A stretch of 64,000 nucleotides of DNA, from the NCBI GenBank assembly GCA_002429485.1, contig DIZX01000015.1:86044-150043 (forward strand), in the 5' to 3' direction. Position 1 is the first letter of the stretch; each line of letters opens with the position of its first letter. The position numbers and the translations under genes are program-made. Under the pieces are notes generated by a model. The model ran no database searches. It worked only from the letters and a program-made list of their open reading frames with translations, and was not told the origin of the DNA. This stretch comes from Patescibacteria group bacterium UBA6017. Its GTDB lineage: Bacteria; Patescibacteriota; Saccharimonadia; UBA4664. Of this stretch, positions 38,558-48,216 are shown piece after piece.

Positions 38558-38932
38558 CTACTGTTGGTAATACTTGATATACAAGAACACAATGGACGCA
38601 GCCACCCCGACAATCACCAGTAAGCCAACTACGAATTGCAGTACTATCTTCCATCCGCCGCCGCTTTTGGCGGGCGCTTTGCGGACCTGCTGCTTCGGCT
38701 CCGATTCGGCTGCGCGGCTCGCCGCCGGATTCATTGGCCTCATCGGCATACCGGAGGGACGAGTCTGAGCGGCCGGGCGAACCGGCTCCGCCATCGGTCT
38801 AGGCGCAGCCGACGGCCTTACACCCGGATCTTGCACCGGAGGGGTTCCGGCCGGCCTTGACGGGCGGGCAAATCCGTCCATTCTCCGCGGCCCCATATCT
38901 GTCATTCTACGATTCGGTCTTGGTTGATCCAC
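38558..38932 (-). CDS. Hypothetical Pro-rich protein with a C-terminal TM anchor
   Basis: 124 aa with a P/R/A-rich cytoplasmic region and a C-terminal TM helix. Confidence 0.4.
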   Translation of the reverse strand: MDQPRPNRRMTDMGPRRMDGFARPSRPAGTPPVQDPGVRPSAAPRPMAEPVRPAAQTRPSGMPMRPMNPAASRAAESEPKQQVRKAPAKSGGGWKIVLQFVVGLLVIVGVAASIVFLYIKYYQQ

Positions 38933-39009
38933 GCTCGTTTGCTACCTATTACTCTCTCGATAATATCACATTCTGAGATTAATGCTTATGCTCAGAAAAA
39001 TCGCCCTGC

Positions 39010-39633
39010 ATGTTATGCTCATGGCAAATTATGTCAAACTTCCGTACCAGCCGAACTTTCGACGTCTTATTCCTCCTGATGATCACCGGGCTGCTCGTTT
39101 TCGCTACCGCAAAACGCCAGTCTATCGGCGACAAAATGTTCTTTCTCAGCTACCATCCCACCGCCAGAACCATCCAACTGGCCTATGATGCCGGGCTGTC
39201 CGACTCCGGCCGCACCCTGCTGTACCGCACCGACCCACAATTCGCCAACCGCCAGGCCATTATCGCCGAATGCGATATCGAACGGCTCGGCTGCCTCAGC
39301 TCCAAAGGCCAAACCTTTATCCTCGATGACCCCGCCAAACCTGCTCAAACCATCGTCACCGGAGCCCATGAGATGCTCCATATCGCCTATCGCCGCCTTT
39401 CCCAGAGCCAAAAAAATGACCTGGCCCCACTGATCGATCAAGCCGTCGCAACAAACGCCGCCAATATTAATGACGAACTAAAGTCCGAAACTACCCCCGA
39501 AGACCGCCGCGACGAGGCCCATTCACTACTGGGCACCGAGTACAAAAATCTTCCAACCGAGCTCGAAAGCTACTACGCCCAGTATTTCTCAGACCGGTCG
39601 AAAGTATTGGCCGCCGCCGCTTCGGACAATTAG
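39010..39633 (+). CDS. Hypothetical membrane-anchored protein with an HExxH motif (putative zinc metallopeptidase)
   Basis: 207 aa with an N-terminal TM helix and GAHEMLHIAY. Confidence 0.4.
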   Translation: MLCSWQIMSNFRTSRTFDVLFLLMITGLLVFATAKRQSIGDKMFFLSYHPTARTIQLAYDAGLSDSGRTLLYRTDPQFANRQAIIAECDIERLGCLSSKGQTFILDDPAKPAQTIVTGAHEMLHIAYRRLSQSQKNDLAPLIDQAVATNAANINDELKSETTPEDRRDEAHSLLGTEYKNLPTELESYYAQYFSDRSKVLAAAASDN

Positions 39634-39636
39634 GTC

Positions 39637-40077
39637 TTAGCGACCCGGCAGCATCAATCGCCACACCGTGGTCTCATCCCGCTGCACAAATCCCAGCTTC
39701 GCATACAGTTTATGAGCATCTTTACGCACCGTTTTTGAGGTAAGGTTGACCGATTCGGCCTCAAATGGAGCCTCACCAATCGCGGTGCGCATGAGCTGGG
39801 TGGCTATTCCCTGCCCCCGAAAGGCCTTATCCACTACGTAATCTTCGATCCAAGACTTAATCCGGCGCGGTTGGTATACGTCTACCCGTTGCACCATTCC
39901 ACGGATCACCCCGTCTACCCGTGCCACATACAGGCTTCCCGCCATTTGCACAATCTGGTCAAGCCGCTCCAAGTCCAGATTCTTGGCCTCGAGCGACAGC
40001 TGCGGCAGCAAATGATTAATCTGCTCAACTGCCTCGGGTGTTGCCTCGGTCAAAATTTCGATTACTACTTCAGCCAT
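39637..40077 (-). CDS. GNAT family N-acetyltransferase
   Basis: 146 aa. RGQGIATQLM acetyl-CoA motif. Confidence 0.7.
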   Translation of the reverse strand: MAEVVIEILTEATPEAVEQINHLLPQLSLEAKNLDLERLDQIVQMAGSLYVARVDGVIRGMVQRVDVYQPRRIKSWIEDYVVDKAFRGQGIATQLMRTAIGEAPFEAESVNLTSKTVRKDAHKLYAKLGFVQRDETTVWRLMLPGR

Positions 40078-40171
40078 TAATTACCCTTCATTGCATCGAT
40101 CCTATCATATAAACTGGCAATTCTAAGTCAAGCTCCTTGAACTACTAATTGATTCAACCTGGTTTAGGGCC

Positions 40172-40885
40172 CTATCTGTACTCCGGATTCTCAAAATCAA
40201 ACCGAGCTCCAGCATCCCATTCCCGGCGTTGGTTGCCATAGGCTGGGATACCCCCGCTGTCCTTCAGCAGCTTTGCCATGTGCAACAGGTTCCACGCCAT
40301 AAAAGTGGTGTTTCGATTAGTAAAGTCGTTCTCGGGTCCCCCCGAACCCTCATCCAGATATGACGGCCCCGGACCCGCCTCTCCGATCCATCCCGCATCT
40401 GCCTGAGGAGGAATAGTATAGCCAAGGTGCTGTAGGCTGTACAACAAGTTCATTGCACAATGTTTCACCCCGTCCTCGTTCCCGGTAATTATGCATCCTC
40501 CTACTCGGCCGTAGTACGCGTACTGCCCTGCCGCATTCAACTCACTCGATCCCCCGTACAGCCGCTCCACCACCCGCTTCATCACTGAGCTGTTATCCCC
40601 GAGCCAAATCGGCCCGCACAGCACCAAAATATCGGCCGCCATCACCTTTTTCGCGATCTGAGGCCACTCATCGGTTTTCCAGCCATGTTCGCGCATATCC
40701 GGCCACACTCCGGTCGCAATGTCATGATCCACCGCCCGAATTACCTCGGTTTTCACCCCGTGCTTATCCATGATTGCCCGGCTTTTCTCGAGCAAACCGT
40801 CGGTATTGCTCACTTCCGGCGACTTTTTCAATGTCGCATTGATAAATACCGCACTCAGACCGGAAAAATCGTAACTCTTCATCAT
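40172..40885 (-). CDS. Flavodoxin-like fold NAD(P)H-dependent FMN reductase family protein
   Basis: Start placed at MMKSYDF, which has an AGGAG RBS. FMN-reductase-like pattern (LCGPIWLGDNSS...). Confidence 0.6.
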   Translation of the reverse strand: MMKSYDFSGLSAVFINATLKKSPEVSNTDGLLEKSRAIMDKHGVKTEVIRAVDHDIATGVWPDMREHGWKTDEWPQIAKKVMAADILVLCGPIWLGDNSSVMKRVVERLYGGSSELNAAGQYAYYGRVGGCIITGNEDGVKHCAMNLLYSLQHLGYTIPPQADAGWIGEAGPGPSYLDEGSGGPENDFTNRNTTFMAWNLLHMAKLLKDSGGIPAYGNQRREWDAGARFDFENPEYR

Positions 40886-41325
40886 TTCAACTCCTGCATT
40901 ACCATTAGGAATCGAATGTCTCACGATTTAACAGCAAAAACATCTGATATTTCTACCATTCAATATCCCCGGCCCAGCCAAACCCGGTATCGCCTCTAGT
41001 GCGATACCGGGTTTGGAAGCCAGAAAGCGGGCTGGTCAATCGACCGCCCTGGATCGAGCCCAAACCTTTCCAGAATGCCTAATGCCAATCTGAGCGGAGC
41101 AACAACAAAGTTCAATGCTGCATTGAACCACATACAACCCTCCTCTCGTCGATTTCGAGCTTCCGAAACTACCCTAACAAACAACTCCGAGGCAGACTTC
41201 GACCATAGCACCAGATTTCCTGGTACTTTCTTCAATCAATTTGGCATGATGCCAACCCCGTACCCCGATGATCTCAACCGGTACCTCAACATGAAAAAAG
41301 CGCCACTTGCGTGACGCACTTTTCA

Positions 41326-41401
41326 TGGCGGGCTCGACCGGTTTCGAACCGGCGATCTCCTCCGTGACAGGGAGGCGTGATAACCACTTCACTACGAGCC
41401 C
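41326..41401 (-). tRNA. tRNA-Asp (anticodon GTC)
   Basis: Acceptor gggctcg/cgagccc, anticodon loop cuGUCac, GGTTCGAAACC, CCA encoded. Confidence 0.85.
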
Positions 41402-41493
41402 ATAGGTTTAAAACCTCGTAATCCTACCATCTAACCCCGCCCCGAGCAAGACTTGGCGACGTCATGCCGCACTATCTTGCTCGGGGCTAGTGT

Positions 41494-42645
41494 TTAGGCC
41501 TTGATGTATTTGTTGATCTTGGCCTTCTTGAGCTCACCGGCAAAGTACTCGGTGAAGTCGACCGTCTTGATCAAAATGTGCTGCGCGTGAATCGATCCGT
41601 CGTCTTTCTTCTCGATGACCTTGATGATCTCGAAGCCATACTGATCTTTGATCGGATCGGACACCTGACCGGGCTGCAATGCCTCTGCTGCCTTCTGTAG
41701 CTCGTCTGGGAGCTGTCCTTTGGTGAAGAAGCCCAGATCGCCGCCGCCGGCCGCGTCGGACGCCTGTGAGTTCTTCTTGGCCGCTTCAGTGAAGTCGCCG
41801 CCTGCCTTGATGTCTTTGAGGACGTTCTGCGCCTTAGTTTTGGCGGCAGCGGTCACGGCCGGGTCGGAAGTCACTTTGTCTTCCAGGTTCTTGGCCAGCA
41901 ATTGCTTATATACCACGTTCTTGAGATCACCAATGTTCCAACCGTAGATCTGATTTAGAGTCTTGAGCAGGGTATCCTTGCCGCCGTAGCGCTGGTAAAG
42001 CTGATTAATTAGATCATTTACCTCTTTGTCGGTCACCTTGACCTTCTTGGCAGAAGCAATCTGAGCCGTCAGCGAGTCGCTGGCCAGCTTGTCGAGCGCG
42101 TGCTCCTTGATCTGTACTACCAATTTCTTGCCGTCGGCCGAATTGAAATCCACTGCCGGCTGATTGTTGAGTTTGGCATTGTTCTGGTAGGCGCGCTTAT
42201 TGGCATCGACTTCAAACAGATACGACTTATAGGTCACGAAATGTCCGTTCACACGCTCAACCGGGTAAGGCACCACCGATGCCACTGCTTTTACAGCCGG
42301 GTTTTCGCTGCGATAGGCATAAATCAATACACCGAATATCACTACTACTACGGCCACAAGGCTAATTGTTATCGCCGCTGCCTTGATGGCGATACTGCGG
42401 ATGTCGCGCACCTTGACGGGCTCAATTACCGGGCTGGCTGCATCTTCGGTCTTCTCAGCCACCGGCTCAGGAGTTACGGGCTTGTCTGCCTCGACCACTT
42501 TAGGAGCCGCCTTCTGAGTTTTTTCGACTTTTTCGGCCTTCTTTACCTTCGGTGCATCTGCCGATTTGGCTGGCGCCTTAGGCTTTTTTAACGGATCTAA
42601 TTCCTTGGACTCGTCCTTGGCAACCTTGTCATTATTACTCGGCAA
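41494..42645 (-). CDS. Peptidyl-prolyl cis-trans isomerase, parvulin type (PrsA/SurA-like foldase)
   Basis: 383 aa. Lys-rich N-terminus, one TM helix, chaperone-like domain and a parvulin domain (GGDLGFFTKGQLPDELQKAA...). Confidence 0.75.
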   Translation of the reverse strand: MPSNNDKVAKDESKELDPLKKPKAPAKSADAPKVKKAEKVEKTQKAAPKVVEADKPVTPEPVAEKTEDAASPVIEPVKVRDIRSIAIKAAAITISLVAVVVVIFGVLIYAYRSENPAVKAVASVVPYPVERVNGHFVTYKSYLFEVDANKRAYQNNAKLNNQPAVDFNSADGKKLVVQIKEHALDKLASDSLTAQIASAKKVKVTDKEVNDLINQLYQRYGGKDTLLKTLNQIYGWNIGDLKNVVYKQLLAKNLEDKVTSDPAVTAAAKTKAQNVLKDIKAGGDFTEAAKKNSQASDAAGGGDLGFFTKGQLPDELQKAAEALQPGQVSDPIKDQYGFEIIKVIEKKDDGSIHAQHILIKTVDFTEYFAGELKKAKINKYIKA

Positions 42646-42720
42646 AACAAACTCCTCATCTCGAGCCTACCCATCGGGTAAGTTCGGTAATTATATGGTT
42701 ATAATGCTAACTTAGATCAC

Positions 42721-43260
42721 TCACTGTGTCGACCCACCGCCACCCCGACGAACCGCATCCAGGAGCTGGGAATGTATCTCTGCCGGCTTGTGGATCGTCT
42801 TCATCTCCAGATCGCCAACGTATGTCCGAACCGTAATATCACCGAAGCCAAACAGCACCGCCTGAAAGCCCGCAATGTGATAATTCACGTTCGAAATCAC
42901 ATCAAGTTGCCACTCATCTACTTTGCGATCAAAAAAGCCTTTTTGTTTGATTACCAGTATTCTGCGGCTGGTTACCAGATACACCGTATAATACCAACCC
43001 ACCCAGCGATAAAACCAGCCAAAAAACACCACTGCCACCGCTACCCACACCAGTTTCAGCAGTGCCCCGGGAAGCCAATCAACGGAGTAGATTTGCTGGA
43101 AATCCAGTGGCAGCACGGCCACCAGAATAATTAGCAGCCCGCCAATGAGTGCCTTGCGCATCACCAGCGGGTGCTGCCTAAACACCAGCTCCACGGTTTC
43201 ACCCTCGAGCTGGCCGGGAAATTCCTTCGGCGCCGCTTTGGTGGAGTTGTTATTGCTCAT
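42721..43260 (-). CDS. Bacterial PH-domain membrane protein (YdbS/bPH_2-like)
   Basis: 179 aa with two TM helices followed by a PH-like domain. Confidence 0.5.
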   Translation of the reverse strand: MSNNNSTKAAPKEFPGQLEGETVELVFRQHPLVMRKALIGGLLIILVAVLPLDFQQIYSVDWLPGALLKLVWVAVAVVFFGWFYRWVGWYYTVYLVTSRRILVIKQKGFFDRKVDEWQLDVISNVNYHIAGFQAVLFGFGDITVRTYVGDLEMKTIHKPAEIHSQLLDAVRRGGGGSTQ

Positions 43261-43468
43261 GCTTAGATTGTATCATTGAGAGTAGTTACGGGTGCAACTT
43301 CACATATGCTACGAAGTTCAAGGCAGCCTCTCGGGATATACGCGCTGCGTCATCTCCAGAGGCTGCCTTGAGTTCCACCGGTCTAAGTGCTGCACCCGCA
43401 CACTTCGTCTGATGAAACCTGTCGCGCACCGTGTGCGACTGACAATCAAGCAGTAGAGAGGCCCGAAA

Positions 43469-43834
43469 ATGAACTCCTGTGGGGATGATACTATCCCGGT
43501 CGAACCGATCTTCGACTGCAATGCTCAATTTCCGCTGTCCAGCGCTCTTCACTCGTTGGGCGACGATCTTGTCGGCATTGGCAACGACACCGGCAAAATC
43601 CTGGTCTTCGACCGCATCTACCTGGAGGATCTCATCAAGCAGATCAAGCAGGGCGCCACCGGCAACTTCTCTGGCATCATCCAGATCGAGAAGAGTTCCG
43701 AGCGACACTACATCTTGTTCCTGGTCCACTGCCCGGACCGTCAGATCGAGATCACCGCACCGGAGGTCAAGCATTTCCTCGAGGACGCCCGAAAGGGTGC
43801 TTTCGACAAAGTCCTCCAGGACGCCGCCGCCTAG
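43469..43834 (+). CDS. Hypothetical protein
   Basis: 121 aa. The ORF is GC-rich and has no recognisable motifs; possibly a roadblock/LC7-like fold. Confidence 0.35.
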   Translation: MNSCGDDTIPVEPIFDCNAQFPLSSALHSLGDDLVGIGNDTGKILVFDRIYLEDLIKQIKQGATGNFSGIIQIEKSSERHYILFLVHCPDRQIEITAPEVKHFLEDARKGAFDKVLQDAAA

Positions 43835-43955
43835 GGCTCACCACCCAACCCCGTTCATCCGGACCTCTCAACATCAGGGCAACCTAACGGAACCTGGGTG
43901 GCATCACGCCGCCACTCAGGTTCCGTACCCAATCTTCAGCTATAATACAAAACAT

Positions 43956-44031
43956 GCCTCAGTAGCTCAGTGGATAGAGCGTCTCCGTCCTAAGGAGAGC
44001 GTCGGGGGTTCGATTCCCTCCTGGGGCACCA
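43956..44031 (+). tRNA. tRNA-Arg (anticodon CCT)
   Basis: Acceptor gcctcag/ctggggc, anticodon loop guCCUaa, GGTTCGATTCC, CCA encoded. Confidence 0.85.
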
Positions 44032-44035
44032 TAAT

Positions 44036-44062
44036 AAAAACACCGCTCATTGCGGTGTTTTT
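44036..44062 (+). terminator. Rho-independent terminator after tRNA-Arg
   Basis: aaaaacaccgc-tcatt-gcggtgttttt. Confidence 0.8.
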
Positions 44063-44584
44063 ATTATGCATATCAATGGAATCGGTGAAGCGAAGCGGAA
44101 GTTGCGAAGCAACCAGGTCACCGGTTCGGCCGTAGGGTCGCGCAGCGACATTGCCGACTGGGGCACCAGAGCGTTAAACCCAGGCACAAGGGATTCGCAG
44201 CTACCGTTAAGTAACTGCGATAATGCTGGATGTGGGGCAGAGCTGAATCCGCCCCACATCCTTGCAGGCAACTCTACTCTCCCCTTTTTTGCTCCCGGGC
44301 GGTCCGACGCCTGTTGGCGTCCAACTTGCCCAACTGCTCTTTGAGCCTTACCGCCGGAGTCTTCTTCGCGAGCCACTTTCCCGCATTGCGGCCGGCCTCA
44401 ATCATTCTCTCTTCCGATGATTTAGCCACCATCTTCTCCTTCCATAGTTCGCCCGCTGATTCGAACGAAAGTTTGGGGTGAAAGTTCGGGGTAAAGCTAC
44501 TAAAATTCTACCGCCACAGCTCGACGATTTACAGCACGACCATTTCATCAAACATGGGATGCCCCATGTGCTTTATCGATATTC

Positions 44585-45013
44585 CTAGCTCAGGACCCTA
44601 TCGATATCCGATTGATCAAGATATTTATACGAGACTCGATCGTCTGTATAATGCCGAGTCCGGTAGATTTTTCGATCCTTTATCTCACACACAGCAACAA
44701 CAGGCGTACGAAAGCGCTTGCCATTAGTGACATCGGTATAACTCTCCACGAACTCCACCATCACTACCTGCCTTACCGCATCAGCAGCCGCATAAACAAA
44801 TTGATACTCCCTATCGGAAATTTGAAAGGTTCGTTTAATAAGATTACGCACCTGCTCGCCTTCTACAGTGCGAAAAACTGCGCCGTCCGGGCCAATATTC
44901 ATCTCTGTAACCCTGAAATCAGGATGTAGCAAAGCAATACCATCTTCCGGGTTGCTTGTGCGCTCAGATTCAAATGACGCCATAACTAAATCGATAAGTT
45001 CTTGTTCTGTCAT
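44585..45013 (-). CDS. NTF2-like/SnoaL-like protein (paralog A)
   Basis: 142 aa and about 70% identical to the next gene. The fold assignment rests on size and pattern only. Confidence 0.55.
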   Translation of the reverse strand: MTEQELIDLVMASFESERTSNPEDGIALLHPDFRVTEMNIGPDGAVFRTVEGEQVRNLIKRTFQISDREYQFVYAAADAVRQVVMVEFVESYTDVTNGKRFRTPVVAVCEIKDRKIYRTRHYTDDRVSYKYLDQSDIDRVLS

Positions 45014-45131
45014 ACCCCCATACTACCCCATAAAATGGAGCAGGCCCCGGAAGTAGCCAAAACTACCTCCAGAGCCTAACAACCAAAACAAGAACTATTG
45101 TGAATGGCATCATATTGCCGAATTGTAGACG

Positions 45132-45560
45132 TTAGCCAAGTACACCATCGATGGTAGAGGTATCGAGATACAGGTCGGACAGTCGATCGTCTGTGTAGTG
45201 CCGCGTCCGGTATATCTTGCCGTCGCGTACCACGCAGACCGCCACAATTGGAGTTCTGTACCGCTTTCCGGTCACAGTATCCGTGTAGCTCTCGACGAAT
45301 TCAACCATCACCACTTGGGCCTCCTCGTCGGCCAACACGTGTACGATCTCGTATTCACGATCAGAAATCTGAAAAGCACTTCTGATCAGATTTCGTACGT
45401 TGCTCCCCGCCAGGGAACGAAATACCGTACCGTCCGGTCCAATGTTCATTTCGGTAGACCGAAATTCCGGATGAAGCAGGGATAAACCTCCAGCTACGTT
45501 CCCCTCTCTCTCGAATGTGAATGACGCCATGACAAGCTCCACAAGCTCTTTTTTGGTCAT
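45132..45560 (-). CDS. NTF2-like/SnoaL-like protein (paralog B)
   Basis: 142 aa tandem paralog of 44585..45013. Confidence 0.55.
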   Translation of the reverse strand: MTKKELVELVMASFTFEREGNVAGGLSLLHPEFRSTEMNIGPDGTVFRSLAGSNVRNLIRSAFQISDREYEIVHVLADEEAQVVMVEFVESYTDTVTGKRYRTPIVAVCVVRDGKIYRTRHYTDDRLSDLYLDTSTIDGVLG

Positions 45561-45689
45561 ATCTATATATTAATGCATAAAAATGAAATGAGACTCGGGA
45601 GCAGCGCAAATGCGCGCTGCTCCCGAGTCTCTTAGGACCATCCAGTCAGCCCGAAGGCTTCAGGATTGATCCCGCGATCGCACCCGCCG

Positions 45690-46406
45690 CTAGGCGGTGG
45701 TGACGACCGTGTTGCGCTCGACGATGGCGACCTCGCCGGCGTTGGACATCAGGCCGGGAGCCTTCGTGCCCTTGAGGTAGGTCTCCGTGGAGATGAGCGC
45801 CGTGACGTGCCAGGCGGTCAGGACCTCGTTGAACTTCGTCAGAGCGAAGGCGAAGGCCTGCCGGAACGGACGCCGGTTGGCCTCCACCGAAGCCCAGAAC
45901 AGCCCCTGAAGACCCTCGTGATCACGCATCTCGGCCGTGAGACCCGACAGCACCTCGAGGGAATCCTGGAGCGACTCGATCATCTCGAGGTAGCGCCTGA
46001 AGACCGCCGTGTAGCTGCCCTCGCGGAGAACCTCGATGATGTCGCGGGCCGCCTTGGCATCCGGCACCAGACCGGCAGCCACGAGCTCGGCGTAGAACGC
46101 GTCGAGATCGAGCGATGTCGTGGGTTCGAACGGTTCGTAGTCCCCCACGGACATCACGCCGATGAGCTGCTTGACGTAGCTCGAGCAGACCCCGAGCTGA
46201 CCGCTTGCGGCCTCGAAGTTGGTCACAGCCAGACCGAGATGACCTCGTCCTGCGCCGTAGCTCAGTGCTTCGTCCGTCATGATCGCATCCTCGACAACAG
46301 CGTTGCCGGCGAAGAACGACGCGAGTGCCTGTGACAGCGCTCGCTCGGCCGGAACCGTGAACTTCTTGCTGGCGTTGCTCGTGGGGTTGTGATCGATACC
46401 ACCCAT
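45690..46406 (-). CDS. Hypothetical protein (compositionally atypical, GC3-rich)
   Basis: 238 aa with no recognisable domain. Codon usage is strongly G/C-ending, unlike its neighbours. Confidence 0.5.
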   Translation of the reverse strand: MGGIDHNPTSNASKKFTVPAERALSQALASFFAGNAVVEDAIMTDEALSYGAGRGHLGLAVTNFEAASGQLGVCSSYVKQLIGVMSVGDYEPFEPTTSLDLDAFYAELVAAGLVPDAKAARDIIEVLREGSYTAVFRRYLEMIESLQDSLEVLSGLTAEMRDHEGLQGLFWASVEANRRPFRQAFAFALTKFNEVLTAWHVTALISTETYLKGTKAPGLMSNAGEVAIVERNTVVTTA

Positions 46407-46441
46407 AATGCACCCCTTTCCAAGGGTTTTGATGCGGTGTG

Positions 46442-48079
46442 CTACAGAAGGGCGTAGCTCCCCTGTGTTACCTTTCCATTCTCCACCTCGAAGACCGTCG
46501 TAACCCCGATTCGCTCGAGGAATTCGCGGTCATGAGAGACCACGATAACGGTCCCTGAGTACCCCATCAACGCAGCTTCGAGCTGCTCCTGGGCCTCAAG
46601 ATCGAGATGGTTGGTCGGCTCGTCCAGGACGAGCAGATTGGGGCCTTTCGCCATCAAAGCGGCCAGCATCAGCCGGGCACGCTCTCCAGGCGAAAGACTC
46701 CCGATAGGACGCAAGACATCGTCAGCAGTTAAATCGAACTTGGCCAGAAGTGTCCTGGCTTCGCTTTCATCCACCCCGCCGACCTCGCGCATCAACGCTT
46801 CAAGTGCGTTGCCGCACTCCAGCATCGAGCGCTGGTCTTGGTCCATCTTGCCTAGATGTACTCCTTCCCCTAGACGGATTCGGCCGGTCTCGGGAGAGAT
46901 CCGACCAGTCATGAGAGCCGCAAGCGTTGTTTTGCCGGATCCATTGGGTCCGATAATCGCAACTCGCTGCCCAGAATTGATCTCAAGCGACGCTGGTCCA
47001 AAACGAAAATCCGAGCCCGGGTATGAAACCGTGCACTCATCAAGCCGCAGTACCTGCTCGCCGCTGCGCGATGCCGCCGTCAGCTGAAGCCGAAGCTCCC
47101 AGCTTTTTGGAGGCTGTGCCACAACGGTCAGTCGCTCAAGTGCTTTTACCGCTCGGCGCTTGTCGCCGGCAGCACTACTGGCCCCACGAGCTGCACGATG
47201 GTTTGCGCTCAACTTGTCGTTGTCGCTAGACCTACCGGCACCGCGCGAAACCTCCTTGCTAGCCCGCGTCACAGTCGCCTGCAAACGCTTCACCTCATCG
47301 AGGTAGTCGCTATACTGCCGCGATCCTGCCGCTAACGCCTTCGCTCGTGACTCCCGGTACTGGGCGTAACCCATCCCGTAGAGCACCAGCTCGCGCGTAT
47401 TGGCATCAATCTCAGCGACAGCAGAAACAGTGCGGTCGAGAAACCGCCTGTCGTGCGACACAATGAGCATCGAAGCCGGCGATATCTGAACGAACTCCTC
47501 GAGGAGGGCCAGGCCCTCCAGATCAAGGTTATTCGTCGGTTCATCGAGCAGTAAAACATCAAACCTGGAGAGCAAGATGCCCGCCAGGCCGATCTTCACC
47601 TGCTGGCCGCCCGAAAGTTCGCCGAACGTACGAGACGTCAACGATATCGGTAGCCCCAGCTTCTCAAACGCCTTGTTGAGGTTGGTATCAAACTCGTAGC
47701 CGCCAAGCGCTTGGTAGTGCTCAATGGTGTCAGAGAAAGTTTGAATGCTTGCCATCTCGGTCGGAGAAGTCCCCGCGAAAGATGACATCACATTCTCAAG
47801 CTCAAGTAGGCCCACTCGACGCTTCAGATTATCCAGCACCAACTCATCGTTGATAGCTGAGTAATCCTGCGGCACGTAGCTCACAGTCTCGCCTTCGCGA
47901 TACTGCACAGTGCCATGCGAGAGCTCAATAAGTCCGGCCATAGCCTTGAGCAAAGTGCTCTTACCGGCACCGTTAGGGCCGAGAAGTCCGACCTTTTCGC
48001 CGGATGCGATCGACAAGCTGACATCAGAGATGACAGCTTGTCCGCCGAAACGAACAGTTACATCGCTGATGGCAGTCAT
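46442..48079 (-). CDS. ABC-F family ATPase (tandem ABC domains without TMD; translation-factor/ribosome-protection type)
   Basis: 545 aa. Two Walker A sites (GPNGAGKST, GPNGSGKTT), two LSGGQ signatures (LSGGQQ, LSPGER) and an inter-domain linker. Confidence 0.85.
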   Translation of the reverse strand: MTAISDVTVRFGGQAVISDVSLSIASGEKVGLLGPNGAGKSTLLKAMAGLIELSHGTVQYREGETVSYVPQDYSAINDELVLDNLKRRVGLLELENVMSSFAGTSPTEMASIQTFSDTIEHYQALGGYEFDTNLNKAFEKLGLPISLTSRTFGELSGGQQVKIGLAGILLSRFDVLLLDEPTNNLDLEGLALLEEFVQISPASMLIVSHDRRFLDRTVSAVAEIDANTRELVLYGMGYAQYRESRAKALAAGSRQYSDYLDEVKRLQATVTRASKEVSRGAGRSSDNDKLSANHRAARGASSAAGDKRRAVKALERLTVVAQPPKSWELRLQLTAASRSGEQVLRLDECTVSYPGSDFRFGPASLEINSGQRVAIIGPNGSGKTTLAALMTGRISPETGRIRLGEGVHLGKMDQDQRSMLECGNALEALMREVGGVDESEARTLLAKFDLTADDVLRPIGSLSPGERARLMLAALMAKGPNLLVLDEPTNHLDLEAQEQLEAALMGYSGTVIVVSHDREFLERIGVTTVFEVENGKVTQGSYALL

Positions 48080-48216
48080 GGTAGTCGCCTCCGTGTCCTA
48101 GGGGAAAAATGGTACTCTTAGCTGTCAATCAAACTTAACAACAATAAGCAGAAATATTTAACCATATTTCACGAATAATTACAATACCATGTACCATGCT
48201 CGCGGTACTTTAACTC

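Noticed and set aside
44047-44376. 109-aa minus-strand ORF in the tRNA-Arg-adjacent gap
   Set aside because: It requires a GTG start with no RBS and has a low-complexity composition. A different frame has a much better start signal (53-aa peptide), so I did not call this ORF.
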